64,000 bases of DNA, taken from contig JAPDFW010000141.1 in assembly GCA_028826165.1 (NCBI GenBank), positions 1-64,000 on the forward strand. The letters run 5' to 3'. A program made the translations under genes and the position numbers. A model generated the notes under the pieces. The model was not told the origin of the DNA and made no database searches. It saw only the letters and a list, made by a program, of their open reading frames with translations. The DNA is from Anaeramoeba ignava BMAN (lineage: Eukaryota; Protista; Anaeramoebae). This document shows, one piece after another, positions 1-13,687 of the stretch; position 1 is the first letter of the stretch; every line of letters starts with the position of its first letter.

Positions 1-858
1 TACTTTTTATAATGAATTATGTGTTGCACCTGAAGAACATCCTGTTTTATTAACTTATTCTCCTTTAACTTCCAAAAAGATAAAGAAAAAATAAGTGAAA
101 TTATGTTTGAAACATTTAATGTTCCTGCTTTTTATCTTGCTAATTCTTCAATTTTATCATTATTTGCTTCAGGAAGAAAAACTGGAATTGTTTGTGAAAT
201 TGGAGATCAATTAACTTCTGTTGTTCCAATTTATGAAGGAATTGATTTAGAAAATTTAACAATTACAAATAAATTAGGAGGAAAAGATATAACTAATTAT
301 TTAATGAAACTTTTGAATGAAAAAGGATATTCATTTACAACATCTGCTGAAAGAGAAATTGTTAGAGATATTAAAGAAAAACTTTTGGTTATATTGCATT
401 AAATTATGAAGAAGAAATTAATCAATCAAATTCACTTGAAAAAGATTATGAATTACCTTCAGGTCAAGTTATTAGAATTGGAAATGAAAGAATAAAAAGT
501 TGTGAAATATTATTTCAACCTAATTTAATTGAAAATGAATCAATAGGAATTGATAAAATGATTTATCAATCAATTATTCAAAGTGATAAAGATATTCAAA
601 AAGAATTATTCAATAATATTATTTTATCAGGAGGTTCAACAATGTTTTCAGGAATTAAAGAAAGAATTGAAAATGAACTTAATAAATTAATTCTGAAACA
701 ATAAATTTAAAAGTTATTGCACCACCTGAAAGAAAATATTCAGTTTGGATTGGAGGATCTATTTTATCTTCTCTTTCTACTTTCCAAAAATATTTGGATT
801 ACAAAAGAAGATTATTATGAATTTGGGAATAAAATTATTCAAAGAAATATTTTTTTAA
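1..858 (+). CDS. Divergent actin / actin-like protein, copy 1 (5'-truncated by the window edge; several frameshifts, possibly a pseudogene)
   Basis: Actin motifs [45 protein letters not shown] and [22 protein letters not shown]; near-identical to the copy at 930-2139; frame breaks near 75, 388, 695 and 790. Confidence 0.85.
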
Positions 859-929
859 AAAATTAAAAAATTCATTTTTTTCATTTTTTTTTAAAAATTT
901 TTCAATTTTTAAATTTTTATTTTTGAAAA

Positions 930-2139
930 ATGATCATTTTTCATAACTCAATAAAAGAAGATTCAATAAATTATAAGAAAAATCCTTATTTTGATTCTGA
1001 AAAAAAAAAAGATGATGACTATGAAGATTATCAAGTTGTTCCAATAGTAATTGAAAATGGATCATTTTATATTAAAGCAGGATTTGGAGGAGATGATGCA
1101 CCAAGAGCAGTTTTCCCAACAATAGTTGGAAGACCAAAAAATCCACAAATTATGGTTGGAATGGGACCAAAAGATGTTTATGTTGGAGATGAAGCTCAAT
1201 CAAAAAGAGGAATTTTAAAACTTAATTATCCAATTCAAAATGGAATTATAATTAATTGGGATGATATGGAAAAAATTTATCATCATACTTTTTATAATGA
1301 ATTAAGTGTTGCACCTGAAGAACATCCTGTTTTATTAACTTATTCTCCTTTAACTTCCAAAAAGATAAAGAAAAAATAAGTGAAATTATGTTTGAAACAT
1401 TTAATGTTCCTGCTCTTTATCTTGCTAATTCTTCAATTTTATCATTATTTGCTTCAGGAAGAACAACTGGAATTGTTTGTGAAAGTGGATATGAAATTAC
1501 TTCTGTTGTTCCAATTTATGAAGGAATTGATTTAGAATATTCAACAATTACAAATAAATTAGGAGGAAAAGATATAACTAATTATTTAATGAAACTTATG
1601 AATGAAAAAGGATATTCATTTACAACATCTGCTGAAAGAGAAATTGTTAGAGATATTAAAGAAAAACTTTGTTATATTCCATTAAATTATGAAGAAGAAA
1701 TTAATCAATCAAATTTACTTGAAAAAGATTATGAATTACCTAATGGAGAAATTATTAAAATTGGAAATGAAAGAATAAAAAGTTGTGAAATATTATTTCA
1801 ACCTAATTTAATTGAAAATGAATCAATAGGAATTGATAAAATGATTTATCAATCAATTATCAAAAGTGATAAAGATATTCAAAAAGAATTATTTAATAAT
1901 ATTCTTTTATCAGGAGGTTCAACAATGTTTTCAGGAATTAAAGAAAGAATTGAAAATGAACTTAATAAATTAATTCCTTCAAAACTAAATTAAAAGTTAT
2001 TGCACCACCTGAAAGAAAATATTCAGTTTGGATTGGAGGATCTATTTTATCTTCTCTTTCTACTTTTCCAAAAATGTGGATTAAAAATGAAGACTATAAA
2101 GAATTTGGGAATAAAATTATTAACAGAATATTTTTTTAA
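930..2139 (+). CDS. Divergent actin / actin-like protein, copy 2, with a ~30-aa N-terminal extension (frameshifts near 1360, 1985 and 2065)
   Basis: [85 protein letters not shown] and [14 protein letters not shown] across ORFs 930-1379, 1388-1993 and downstream. Confidence 0.9.
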
Positions 2140-2323
2140 ATTAAAAAGGAGAAAAAAAAAAAAAGGAGAAAAATAAAAAAAATTTTTTAAATTATTAATA
2201 ATTTTTATAAATTAGTCAATTTATTTTTTAATTAAAAAAAAAAAAAGCAAAAAAAATTTTTTTTTTAATTTTTTTTTTTTTTTTATTTTTTTTTTCATTT
2301 TTTTTTTCTTTTCTTTAATAAAA

Positions 2324-4294
2324 ATGATTTTATTGGATCCTACTAACAGAATTCTTTTTGATTTAATTGTTTCACGAATTAAAAAGTAAATTATAAATTT
2401 AAATTATTAAATAATCAAATATATAAATGCAAACAAAAATTTTTATTATAAATTATTTTTCGCTTTTAATTTACAATTTAATTATTTACTTTTATATTAA
2501 ATTTAATTATAAATATAAATATAAATATAAATATAAATATAAATATAAAATTTATAAAATATAAATATAAATATAAATATAAATATAAATATAAATATAA
2601 ATATAAATATAAAATATAAATAAATAAAATATAAATATAAATATAAATATAAATATAAATATAAAATATAAATATAAATATAAATATAAATATAAATATA
2701 AATATAAATATAAATATAAATATAAATATAAATATAAATATAAAATATAAATATAAATATAAATATAAATATAAATATAAATATAAATATAAATATAAAT
2801 ATAAATATAAAATATAAATATAAATATAAATATAAAATATAAATATAAATATAAATATAAATATAAATATAAATATAAATATAAATATAAATATAAATAT
2901 AAATATAAATATAAATATAAATATAAATATAAATATAAATATAAATATAAATATAAATATAAATATAAATATAAATATAAATATAAATATAAATATAAAT
3001 ATAATTATAAATATAAATAAATAGTCCTGAAGAAAGAATTCCTTGTGATTATTTGATGGCAGATTTTGATGGAGTTCTTTATCATGTTCTTTCACTTAAA
3101 GGACAAACAGATATTTTGATCATCTCAATTAGTATTAAAATTTATGATGATCTTTGCAAATATGGAGCTGATTCAATTTTACACAATTTATATGGTGAAA
3201 ATATCATTGAAACTGAGAGAGGTTATAATATGACTATTCAAATTCCTTTGACTGGGATTAAAGTTGCACCTGGTATTTATTATTAAAATTAAAATTATAA
3301 TTCATTTATAAAATTAAAAAATTAAAATTATAATTCATTTATAAAATTTAATTATAATTATAATTCAAATTCAAAATTAAAATCAAAATTAAAATTATAA
3401 TTAAAATTAAAATTAAAATTAAAAAATTAAAATTATAATTCATTTATAAAATTTAATAATTAAAATTAAAATTAAAATTAAAATTAAAAATTAAAATTAA
3501 AATTAAAATTAAAATTAAAATTAAAATTAAAATTAAAATTAAAATTCAAAATTAAAAATTTAATATTAAAAAGAAAAATACGCTTCCAAATTCGCAAGAC
3601 TCAAAAGAAATTTATTCAGTGCTCCATTCAGATATGTTTTTGAAGGAATTGCAAAAGGAGAAACATTCAAAGAACCAGTTTTCCAAATTACTTATAGAGA
3701 AGATGAAAGTTTCTTTATAGTTCCAGGACAAGGACAATGCACAATTATCTTTTCAATGTGTTTCAAAGATATGGGAGATCAAGTTTTATCAAGAGTTTTC
3801 CTTCAAGTAAGAGAAAAGAAAAGAAAAGAATTTTTAATTTTTAATTTTTAATTTTTAATTTAATGTCTTGTTGATTAATTTTTTTTTTCATTTTTTATTT
3901 AATGTCTTGTTTATATAAATTTTTGATTTAATTTTTAAATTAGGAATTTGCAAATACACAAAAAGCAGTAAGAAATGCTCCTCCTGTTACATTTTCACCA
4001 AATCCACCAAGAGAAATTTCTTCACTTAGATTATCACCCAAACCAGAAATCACATATATTTCTCTTGTTTTGTTCCAACGTCACATTGATGGACCCAAAA
4101 AAGCAACTGCACTTGATCTTGTTCCAATGATCCGAAATTATCTCCATTATCATATTAAATGTACCAAAGCTTATATTCATATCAGAATGAGAGCAAGAGC
4201 TGAAAGTCTTCTTAAAATCCTTAACAGAGCTAAACCTGAACCAATTAAGAAAGTCCGTAAAACTATTTCTGGAAGAACATTTAGACAGAAATGA
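2324..4294 (+). CDS. ARPC2: Arp2/3 complex subunit 2 (p34); 4 exons at about 2324-2385, 3025-3271, 3574-3806 and 3944-4294
   Basis: MILLDPTNRIL, ADFDGVLYHV, YREDESFFIV, DQVLSRVFLQ|EF, RNYLHYHIKCTKAYIHIRMR and LKILNRAKPE...KTISGRTF; GT-AG introns join the frames. Confidence 0.95.
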
Positions 4295-4586
4295 TTTGAT
4301 TTCTGAAAGTTCTTTTTTAATTGATACAAGATTTCTTCACTTTGATTTCTTTCTGCTGTTTTTCTGCCTTTTTTTTTTTTTTAATTTTGATTTGATTTGA
4401 TTTGATTGGCTTCTTGATTTTTTTTTACCAATTCCTTTTAAAAAGGATTTTTCTTTTTTTTCTTTTTTTTTCTTTTTAATTTCCCTTTTCTAACTAAAAA
4501 CAAAGCAAAATTCTAACAAAAAGAAAAGAAAATAATTTTTATTTTTAAAGAAAAGAAAAAAGAAAACGAAAAAGAAAACAATTTAT

Positions 4587-6165
4587 TCAACGAAAATAAA
4601 TTTCAACTTCTTCAACTTCAAATTCATCTTCTCCAGCAAGAAAAATTTCAGAAAAAGATTGATTTAGATTTTGATTTGAATTTTCATTTAGATTTTGATT
4701 TGAATTTTGATTTGAATTTTGATTTGAATTTTCATTTGAATTTTGATTTAAATTTTGATTTAAATTTTCTTTTAAATTTTGATTTAAATTTTGATTTGGA
4801 ATTTTTTGATTACACCAACCCTTTTTTAATTGTGGATCCAAACTAAGATCACTAAAAAAACCACCAAAAACAGGACCTCTATTCAAATCATAAAGAATAT
4901 TAAAAGATTCATTTTCAGAATTTTTGGCAATTTTGATCGGCGAAGTTATTCCAGGAGCTTCAAGCAAAAACAAAAACGATTTAGGATCTTCTTTGCATCC
5001 CCAATTATCAGCAATAATAAAGTCCCAATCTGAACGGTTTGATGACCAACCAACAGAAGAATATCCTCCAAAAACAAATCCTTGTTTGGATTTAATCAAA
5101 ATCAACATTTTCCCTTTATTACCACATCTCTCATGAAAAGTTGAGCGTGATTTCCCGTGGAGATTTGTTGAATATCCAAGTCGCATCAACGGAAAAAGAA
5201 AGGATCATTGATCCACTTTCGCAAATAGTTTGTTTGGGAAATGTTGTCTTTGATAATCAAGCTTTTTTTGAATGGATTTCCTCGATGAGCAAAAGTTCGA
5301 AGTTTTTTTTCCTTATATTTTTTAAATAAACTTTTCCGTTCTTGTGGTGATTTGTGAAAAAGTATGATATCCTTCATAATTTCTTCTGGGATGATATTGT
5401 AGCTTTGTATCTGTTCAACTTCCTTTTTTTGCATGTCGCAGAATCGGATATCTCCAATAAATCTTGTGATCTTTTCTTGGATCAAATCTGCCTGCTCTTT
5501 TGGAATTTGATCTGGTGAACCGTTAATTGGAAAACGAAGTTTTTTTTGAGTCCATTTCAGAATTGTTTCGAAAAGTACAATTTCAGGCACAAAACTAAGA
5601 AAACCAGGGTTTCTTATAATGCAAAGGATTTCTCTTGTTGTGAATTTTAGAAAGTTCGCATTTTGAGAAACTTCTTCGAAATTCGCAAAAATAAAATCAA
5701 GACATTTTTGGATCAAATCTTGCATATTCATTCTGAAAGCAAACTGGAAAACATCAAAAATGTTATCAATTGCCAGATTTTTGCGGACAAAAGAAGCAAG
5801 AAAATTGAGAACTTCTTCATCCAAAAGCAATTTTTGCTTGCAATTAAAATTTCAATTGCATTTTCAGGATTAACATTCATTATCCCTGTGTAAATGTAAT
5901 TCAGAATGAGTTCCATTGATTCAGAAGAAATATCGTTGAGTTCCACTTTTGATTCGTGATATTCTTTCATTTTGGTTCGAAATAATGCTCCGAAATAATC
6001 GCTTCTTGAAGAAAGAATTGCTTTGTGACATTTGAAAATTTTTTCCGTATTTTCGTTTGTTTCTGAAATTTTAATTTCGAAATCACAAAGATCGTTTTCT
6101 TTTGCTATTAATTCTGAAAGATCTTTTGAAAGTTTTGATGTGTTTGTGTAAGATTCTAATGACAT
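4587..6165 (-). CDS. BTB/POZ-BACK-TLDc domain protein (split by two apparent frameshifts near 5825 and 5187)
   Basis: BTB: CDFEIKI...FKCHKAILSSRSDYFGALF...LILNYIYTG. BACK: EIVLFETILKW...IRFCDM. TLDc: LHGKSRSTFHERCGNKG...VFGGYS...GPVFGG...FEVEEVEIY. Confidence 0.88.
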
Positions 6166-6414
6166 TAAAAATCAAAATAAAAAATAATCAAAAAAAAAAA
6201 TGAAATTTTAAATTGGAAAGAATTTTTTTTTTATTTTCAAAAAAGTGAAGACTTATTTTTTTAAGTAAAAAGAAAAGAAAAGAAAAGATAAAGGAAAGAA
6301 AAAGAAAAGATAAGGAAAAGATAAGGAAAAGATAAGAGTTCCAATTTTGATTAAAAATTTAGATCAAATAAAAAAACAAATTTTATTAAATCTCAAATTT
6401 TTAAGTTTTAACTC

Positions 6415-9020
6415 TTTTTATTATTAAAAAATTGGAAAATATTTTTATTAACATTATAAAATTATCTAGATCTATTTTAAATTATAATTAATAAATAAAT
6501 TATTTTATATTAATATTTTTAAATTTATTTATTAATTAATTTATATTTATTTTTAATTAATTTTATTATTAAAAAATTGGAAAATATTTTTATTAATATT
6601 ATAAATTTATTTAAATCTATTTTAAATTATAATTAATAAATAAATTATTTTATATTAATATTTTTAAATAGATTTATTAATTAATTTATATTTATTTTTA
6701 TTTAATTTTATTATTAAAAATTGGGAAATATTTTTATTAACATTATAAATTTATTTAAATCTATTTTAAATTATAATTAATAAATAAATTATTTTTATAT
6801 TAATATTTTTATATTGATTTATTAATTAATTTATATTTATTTATATTTAATTTTATTATTAAAAAATTGAAAAATATTTTTATTAATATTATAAATTTAT
6901 TTAAATCTATTTTAATTTATAAGTAATAAATAAATTATTTTATATTAATATTTTTGAATAGATTTATTAATTAATTTATATTTATTTATATTTAATTTTA
7001 TTATCAAAAATTGAAAAATATTTTATTAATATTATAAATTTATTTAAATCTATTTTAAATTATAATTAATAAATAAATTATTTTATATTAATATTTTTAT
7101 ATTGATTTATTAATTAATTTATATTTATTTATATTTAATTTTATTATTAAAAATTGGAAAATATTTTTATTAACATTATAAATTTATTTAAATCTATTTT
7201 AAATTATAATTAATAAATAAATTATTTTATATTAATATTTTTGAATAGATTTATTAATTAATTTATATTTATTTATATTTAATTTTATTATTAAAAATTG
7301 GAAAATATTTTTATTAATATTATAAATTTATTTAAATCTATTTTAAATTATAATTAGTAAATAAATTATTTTATATTAATATTTTTATATTGATTTATTA
7401 ATTAATTTATATTTATTTTTATTTAATTTTATTATTAAAAAATTTGGAAATATTTTTATTAATATTATAAATTTATTTAAATCTATTTTAAATTATAATT
7501 AATAAATAAATTATTTTATATTAATATTTTTGAATAAATTTATTAATTAATTTATATTTATTTATATTTAATTTTATTATTAAAAAATTGGAAAATATTT
7601 TATTAATATTATAAATTTATTTAAATCTATTTTAATTTATAATTAATAAATAAATTATTTTATATTAATATTTTTAAATAGATTTATTAATTAATTTATA
7701 TTTATTTATATTTAATTTTATTATTAAAAATTGGAAAATATTTTTATTAACATTATAAATTTATTTAAATCTATTTTAAATTTATAATTAATAAATAAAT
7801 TATTTTATATTAATATTTTTGAATAGATTTATTAATTAATTTATATTTATCTTTATTTAATTTTATTATTAAAAATTGGAAAATATTTTATTAATATTAT
7901 AAATTTATCTAAATATATTTTAATTTATAATTAATAAATAAATTATTTTATATTATTAATATTTTTAAATTGATTTATTAATTAATTTATATTTATTTAT
8001 ATATTTAATTTTATTATTAAAAATTTGAAAATATTTTTATTAATATTATAAATTTATTTAAATCTATTTTAAATTTATAATTAATAAATAAATTATTTTA
8101 TATTAATATTTTTGAATAAATTTATTAATTAATTTATATTTATTTATATTTAATTTTATTATTAAAAATTGGGAAAATATTTTATTAATATTATAAATTT
8201 ATTTAAATCTATTTTAAATTATAATTAATAAATAAATTATTTTATATTAATATTTTTGAATAGATTTATTAATTAATTTATATTTATTTATATTTAATTT
8301 TATTATTAAAAATTGGAAAATATTTTATTAATATTATAAATTTATTTAAATCTATTTTAATTTATAATTAATAAATAAATTATTTTATATTAATATTTTT
8401 AAATTAATTTATTAATTAATTTATATTTATTTATATTTAATTTTATTATTAAAAAATTGAAAATATTTTATTAACATTATAAATTTATCTAAATCTATTT
8501 TAATTTATAATTAGTAAGTAAATTATTTTATATTAATATTTTTAAATAAATTTATTAATTAATTTATATTTATTTTTAATTAATTTTATTATTAAAAATT
8601 TGAAAATATTTTTATTAATATTATAAATTTATTTAAATCTATTTTAATTTATAATTAATAAATAAATTATTTTATATTAATATTTTTAAATAAATTTATT
8701 AATTAATTTATATTTATTTATAATTAATTTTATTATTAAAAATTGTAAAATATTTTTATTAATATTATAAATTTATTTAAATCTATTTTAATTTATAATT
8801 AATAAATAAATTATTTTATATTAATATTTTTATATAGATTTATTAATTAATTTATATTTATTTATAATTAATTTTATTATTAAAAAATTTGAAAATATTT
8901 TATTAATATTATAAATTTATTTAAATCTATTTTAATTTATAATTAATAAATAAATTATTTTATATTAATATTTTTGAATAAATTTATTAATTAATTTATA
9001 TTTATTTATATTTAATTAAG
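6415..9020. repeat. Tandem satellite, ~145-bp unit, ~18 copies, almost entirely A/T
   Basis: The landmark ttattaaaaattggaaaatattttt...aaatctattttaa...aataaataaattattttatattaatatt recurs at about 6427, 6573, 6718, 6863, 7007, 7151, 7294, 7438, 7585, 7727, 7872, 8019, 8165, 8309, 8452, 8595, 8738 and 8882. Confidence 0.93.
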
Positions 9021-9231
9021 AACGAACCGTTAATTTATTTTTTTTTTGATTTAAAAAATAAAAAAAACCGTTAAAAAAAATATCAAAAAAAAAAATTAAA
9101 TTAAAAAATTTTTTCTTTTCTTTTCATTCATTTAAAAATAAAATAATTCAATTCACTTTTCTTTTCTTTTCTTTCCTATTTTCTTTGCTATTTTCTTTAT
9201 TATTATTATTATTATTATTAATAAACAGAAT

Positions 9232-12200
9232 ATGAATAAATCACGTTTTAGACTTATTAGAGCAACATTAAAAAAAATAAAACCACCAAAAACAGCACAA
9301 CCAACAAGAAAAAAAGAAGAAAAAAAAGATCAAAAAAAACAAACATGCAGAAAAAAACATAAAAAAACATTAATTCTTCAAAAAGCAAAACCAAAACCAA
9401 AATCAAGAAAATCACGTAAAAGAAAAAGTGAAGCACCAATATTAATTGAAGATTCAAAAAAAGATTCAAAAAAAGATTCAAAAAAAGATTCAAAAAAAGA
9501 TTCAAAAAAAGATTCTAAAAAAGATTCAAAAAAAGATTCTAAAAAAGATTCTAAAAAAGATTCAAAAAAAGATTTAACACAAAATTTAACACAAGATTTA
9601 ACACAAAATTTAACACAAGATTTAACACAAAATTTAACACAAGATTTAACAAAAGATTTAACACAAAATTTAACACAAGATTTAACACAAGATTTAACAA
9701 AAGATTTAACACAAAATTTAACACAAGATTTAACAAAAGATTTAACACAAGATTTAAAAAAAGATTTAACACAAAACTTAACAAAAGATTTAACAAAAGA
9801 TTTAACACAAGATTTAACACAAGATTTAACACAAGATTTAACACAAAATTTAACAAAAGATTTAACAAAAGATTTAACAAAAGATTTAACACAAAACTTA
9901 ACAAAAGATTTAACACAAAATTTAACACAAGATTTAACAAAAGATTTAACAAAAGATTTAACACAAAATTTAACACAAAATTTAACACAAGATTTAAAAA
10001 ATGATTTAACAAAAGATTTAACAAAAGATTTAACACAAAATTTAACACAAAATTTAAAAAATGATTCAAAAAATGATTCAAAAAATGATTCAAAAAATGA
10101 TTCAAAAAATGATTTGAAAAAGATTTGGAAATTGATTCAAAAAATGATTCGAAAATTGATTTGGAAATTGATTTAAAAAATGATTCCCAAATTTTGGAAC
10201 CAAATCCTAAAATTCCAAGAGTACGTAAAACCAGTGAAAAACCTGCAAAAGTATTCTTACGAATTCGACCATTTGCAAAATCAAACCCAGAACAACTTGA
10301 AATTTTTGCAGAAAGTAAAACAATTCAAGTAATCGATCCAACACACAGAAACGCAACATCAAAATTCTCGTTCAATCACGTATTTCGAGCCAGAAACACC
10401 ACAAGAAACAGTATTTGAAACATCAACACTTCCATTGATTCGATCAATAATAACAAGTCCACTTTCTCGATATGCAATGGTTTTTGCCTTTGGAATAAGT
10501 AATGCTGGCAAAACTTTCACAATACAAGGAAACTCAGAATCACCAGGAATTCTTCCAAGATCAATAAGCACTGTTATGAACTCAATAAACAAGATACAAA
10601 ATCCAGAACAATTTCAAGATCCAAAAAATTCCTCTTTGGATCATATTATTGAGATAAATGAATCTTTTTATTACGAAGTCTCAGTATCTTGTTTTGAGAT
10701 TTACAACGATAAAATATTCGATCTCCTCTCTGAACAAAACGGCTCTTAAAAAAGTACATTCACGTGCAATTTCTCTACAGATCAAGGAGAACCATTTGGG
10801 ACAAATTGTGATACCTGAACTAACCGAGACGCAGATAACAAGTGTTGAGGAAGCAGAAAAACTGATCCAAACAGCAAGACAAAACCAGCATATTCACAGC
10901 ACAGCAATTCATAGCGATTCCAACAGATCTCACTCTGTTTTCCAGATGAAAATCATTCGAGTTCCGCGCGATCCAAAAACGGGCGCAAAAATCCTCGACA
11001 TCGACTCAGTCACTTGCTCGTATCTCTCAATAGTAGACCTTGCTGGTTCCGAGCGCATCAGCAACGCGCAAACAACAGGACAACAACTTAAAGAGACAAC
11101 GAATATAAACTTGTCCATCATGGTTCTGCGCAGATGTATTGATGTGATGTGCAAAAATCAAACACTTAAAAATAAACTTGTTATTCCTTATCGAGAAAGT
11201 GTTCTTACTCGGATATTCAAGGATTATTTCCAGAGTAACTCCACAATATCAATGATTGTTTGTGTCGACCAAAACGCAAATAATTATTACGAGACAATCC
11301 ATACACTCAAACTCTCAGCTACAACTCAACAACTTGTTATTCCTCAAACTGCAGAAATTTCTCACTTCCAAAAAAACTCAAATTTTCACCAAAAACAACA
11401 TCCTTTCAACTTAATGGATAATTCTCCTCTCAAAAGTTTGCGGATGAAAAAATTAAACAAAAGCAACAAAAAAAACGATTTTTTCTCCAAACAAACCTTA
11501 TCAAACATCCGCAGCGATCCCAACCATTCTAATGATCTCAACGACTCAAATGATTTCATCAATGATTCGGACACTTCTCTTCAAATGGCAACTATTGTCG
11601 AATCTATCCAAAAGCAAATCGACCAGATCAAATTCCAGCTCCAATCAAACGAACTCAAAACCGTCCAAATTGAAACAAAAGTGCGCAACGAAGTTTCAAA
11701 TGAAATGGAAAATCATCTCAAAAAAATTGAGAGTTTGTATCAATCTCAATATCAAACACAAAGTATGATTTTACAAGAAAGATTTGATCGCAAGTTTGAG
11801 ATTTTGAACAAGAAATTCGAAAAACTACTTTCTTCAACTTTCCAAATGCAAAATCAAAATCAAAATCAAAATCAAAATCAAAATCAAAATCAAAATGAAA
11901 TTGAAATTGAAAATCAAAATGAAAATCAAAATGAATCCTTTTTGGATGTTGATGATCTTATCTATCAAAATAATCCAAGAGAAATTTCTCAAGTTGATGA
12001 AAACGAACTTTCTCTTCTCAAAACAAGATTTGATGACTTGATGGAAGAGTACACTCAACTTCAAGAGGAAATGAACACATACAAATTTTCTCTTTCTCAA
12101 AAAGATGATGAAATTTCTGAACTCCAAAAATTACTAAGTGAAAAAACAAAAGAAAACGAACAACTCCAATTACAAATTCAACAATTATCTGAGTATAAAG

Positions 12201-13600
12201 AGTTGTATTCAAATCAAAAAATTAGAATGGATCGAATGGAAAAATTTTATCAAAGATTGCAATTCTCAGCTCGAAAATTATATTTCGAAGCAAAAAAGAA
12301 GGAAGATGTTTTACCAAGTATTCTATTATTGAAGAATACTATTGATAATTATGAAACAAGTTTAGAAAGTGATTTTGAAGATGATGAAATGAAAGAAGAA
12401 GATAACAAAATGAAAGAAGAAGAAAACAAAATGAAAGAAGAAGAAACAAAATGAAAGAAGAAGAAAATGAACAAAATAAAATTTCAGAAATTAATCTTAA
12501 AATTGATACCAACATGAAAGATCAAGAAATTTCAATCCAACAAGAAAACACACAACAAAAAATTTCCATTCTTTCTAATCCAATTCAAAATTCTCAAAAA
12601 ACTCCAAAAACTCCAAGAACTCCAAGAACTCCTAAAACTCCCAAATATTTAACTCCATTTTTACCAAATTCAAGTTCTTCTTTTAAAGATTTAGGAGATG
12701 ATCAATTTTCTGAATCTGATTTTTTCTCACTTGGAGCAACTCCAATTTCCCAAAGCAATCAAAAACAAAGCAATCAAAAAATCCTTAATCAAAGCAATCA
12801 AAAACAAAGCAATCAAAAAATTCTTAATCAAAGCAATCAAAAACAAAGCAATCAAAAAATTCTTAATCAAAGCAATCAAAAACAAAGCAATCAAAAAATT
12901 CTTAATCAAAGCAATCAAAAACAAATTAATGAAAATATTTCAAGAGAAAGTATCGATTCTAAAGATATAGATCTTGGTTTAGCTGATGAAGATTTCACAC
13001 AAACTGATATCGATAAAGATCTTTTCCAAGATTTAGAACAAAAAACTCCTATTTATCAATCTCCTTATGTTCAAACAAAATCTGCAGATTATCATTCTGA
13101 AAATGAACAAGAAAATACTCCAATTAAACAAGAAAATGAAACAACAAAAACAACCGAATCAAAAAATCCTCCAAATTCAAATACTATTAAAATTATTCAT
13201 AAAAATAAAAATAAATCCAAAAATAAAAAAAATAAAAATAAAGACAAAAAATCTAAAAACAAGAAAAGAAAATCAAAATCTTCTTATCATTCTTCTACTT
13301 CAAGTTATTCAACTGATAATGAAGATTCTGGAGATGATGATTATAAAGTTAGTCCACAAAAGAAAAAGAGAAACAAAAAAACTAAGAAAAGTAACAAAAA
13401 TAACAAAAAAACAAGAAATTCTAAAAATACAAGAAATACAAGAAACAGTAAAAAAGAAAAAGAAAAAGAAAAAGAAAAAGAAAAATTTAAGAAAAAAAAG
13501 CAAAAATAATAAACAAAAAAAACCTCCAAAAACAAGAAAACTTCGTGGTATTTCTAAACGAAATGAAGGTTATGATTATCTTGATCAAGATTCTGATTAA
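9232..13600 (+). CDS. Kinesin motor protein, probably kinesin-6 (KIF20/MKLP-like), with a repetitive N-terminus and coiled-coil tail (several frameshifts)
   Basis: KVFLRIRP, FSFNHVF, P-loop FGISNAGKTFTIQG, FEIYNDKIFDLL, switch I SNRSHSVF, switch II VDLAGSER and IPYRESVLT. The subfamily call is inference from the P-loop and switch region. Confidence 0.88.
9450..10120 (+). repeat. Coding 12-nt tandem repeats (KKDS, then DLTQ/NLTQ/DLTK, then KNDS) in the kinesin N-terminus
   Basis: gattcaaaaaaa and gatttaacacaa / aatttaacacaa units are visible directly. Confidence 0.9.
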
Positions 13601-13687
13601 TTAATTAATTTTTTTTCTTCTTGATTTCTTTAATTTTTTTTTATATTGAAAAAAAAAAACTTTAACTTTCTTTTTAAAATTTTCTTT

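Noticed and set aside
2478-3095. ORFs made of IF/IL/LN/YL dipeptide runs (also at 24386, 30463, 36912, 43272, 45351, 56172 and 57236)
   Set aside because: They are artefacts of hexamer microsatellites in introns or antisense to NQ tracts, with no protein signal.
1-4294. Actin + ARPC2 adjacency as a functional gene cluster
   Set aside because: A single adjacency in a gene-dense eukaryotic genome with expanded actin paralogs is not evidence of co-regulation.
6415-9020. CRISPR-like array, or ARS consensus (ATTTATATTTA) in each satellite unit
   Set aside because: There are no unique spacers and no cas genes, and the context is eukaryotic. An ACS match is expected by chance at this AT content.
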